This document shows positions 63,799-64,000 of a DNA stretch of 64,000 nucleotides, one piece after another. Origin of the DNA: an uncultured bacterium (GTDB taxonomy: Bacteria > Verrucomicrobiota > Kiritimatiellia > CAIKKV01 > CAITUY01); the NCBI GenBank assembly GCA_903958395.1, contig CAJBSZ010000437.1, positions 444-64,443 of the forward strand, written 5' to 3'. Position numbers and translations under genes: made by a program. Under the pieces are notes generated by a model that was given only the letters and a program-made list of their open reading frames with translations, did no database searches and was not told the DNA's origin. How positions within the stretch are numbered: position 1 is the first letter of the stretch; each line of letters starts with the position of its first letter.

Positions 63799-64000
63799 AC
63801 GGATGGCGCCTGTGACGTCCTGTTGCACCTTCTCGAGAAGGGTTTCAAGATTTGGAACTGGGGTGAACTCAAGGGAATGGGCCTTGGAGGAGTAATCAAG
63901 CCAGATATCCGAGCAATCGCGGAGGGAGTCGGTTTGAAGGGCCGGGGATAACTTCATGGCCCAATGCCGGTCGGTGACATGCAGGTACACCTGTGGGCCA
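63799..64000 (-). pseudogene. N-terminal remnant of a GxGYxYP-family paralog (continues beyond the window)
   Basis: VYLHVTDRHWAMKLSPALQTDSLRDCSDIWLDYSSKAHSLEFTPVPNLETLLEKVQQDVTGAIR aligns with residues of the 57258-59558 gene at about 80 percent identity by eye. DNA similarity is visible against 59262-59461. The frame then diverges and stops at 63664. Confidence 0.6.

Overview
Chromosomal, mostly housekeeping DNA from a moderately GC-rich bacterium. All calls rest on motifs read by eye in the ORF translations and sequence; no searches were run. Genes are tightly packed and many are translationally coupled through ATGA or TGATG overlaps. Recognised content: dprA-topA-xer recombinase-waaA; a PAS hybrid histidine kinase; panC; trmB; guaB followed by a four-subunit 2-oxoacid:ferredoxin oxidoreductase; a stand-alone fusA; an RRM RNA-binding protein; a carbamoyltransferase flanked by SxtJ-like and DUF5989 (SxtK-like) small membrane proteins; mnmA; apt; carB; a complete trpEGDCFBA operon; rpmE; prfA-prmC; and a P-type ATPase. 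I saw no rRNA, tRNA, CRISPR array, transposase or prophage genes. Accessory or unusual parts: (1) the left edge (1-1700) holds an MNT-HepT toxin-antitoxin pair, a GH38 gene remnant and GC-rich hairpin repeats. (2) The right end (53.9-64 kb) is a carbohydrate locus: GPH symporter, GH15-like enzyme, GxGYxYP-family protein, XylR-type regulator and two URO-D-like proteins. It carries a conserved operator/promoter module present three times, alternating-orientation repeats, and the two ends of a GxGYxYP paralog flanking a replaced segment. This locus is my best candidate for an undescribed system. Smaller oddities: a sigma-70 region-2-only miniprotein, a TopA C-terminus made of three novel repeats with no zinc ribbons, a radical SAM gene with Cx4Cx2C spacing and a hairpin-sequestered RBS, a 19-nt exact repeat at two trp intercistronic junctions, and a 125-bp MITE-like palindrome. 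The gene content (ferredoxin oxidoreductase, GxGYxYP and URO-D-like glycan genes, prepilin-like miniprotein) suggests an anaerobic glycan degrader, possibly of the PVC group. That taxonomic guess is inference only.
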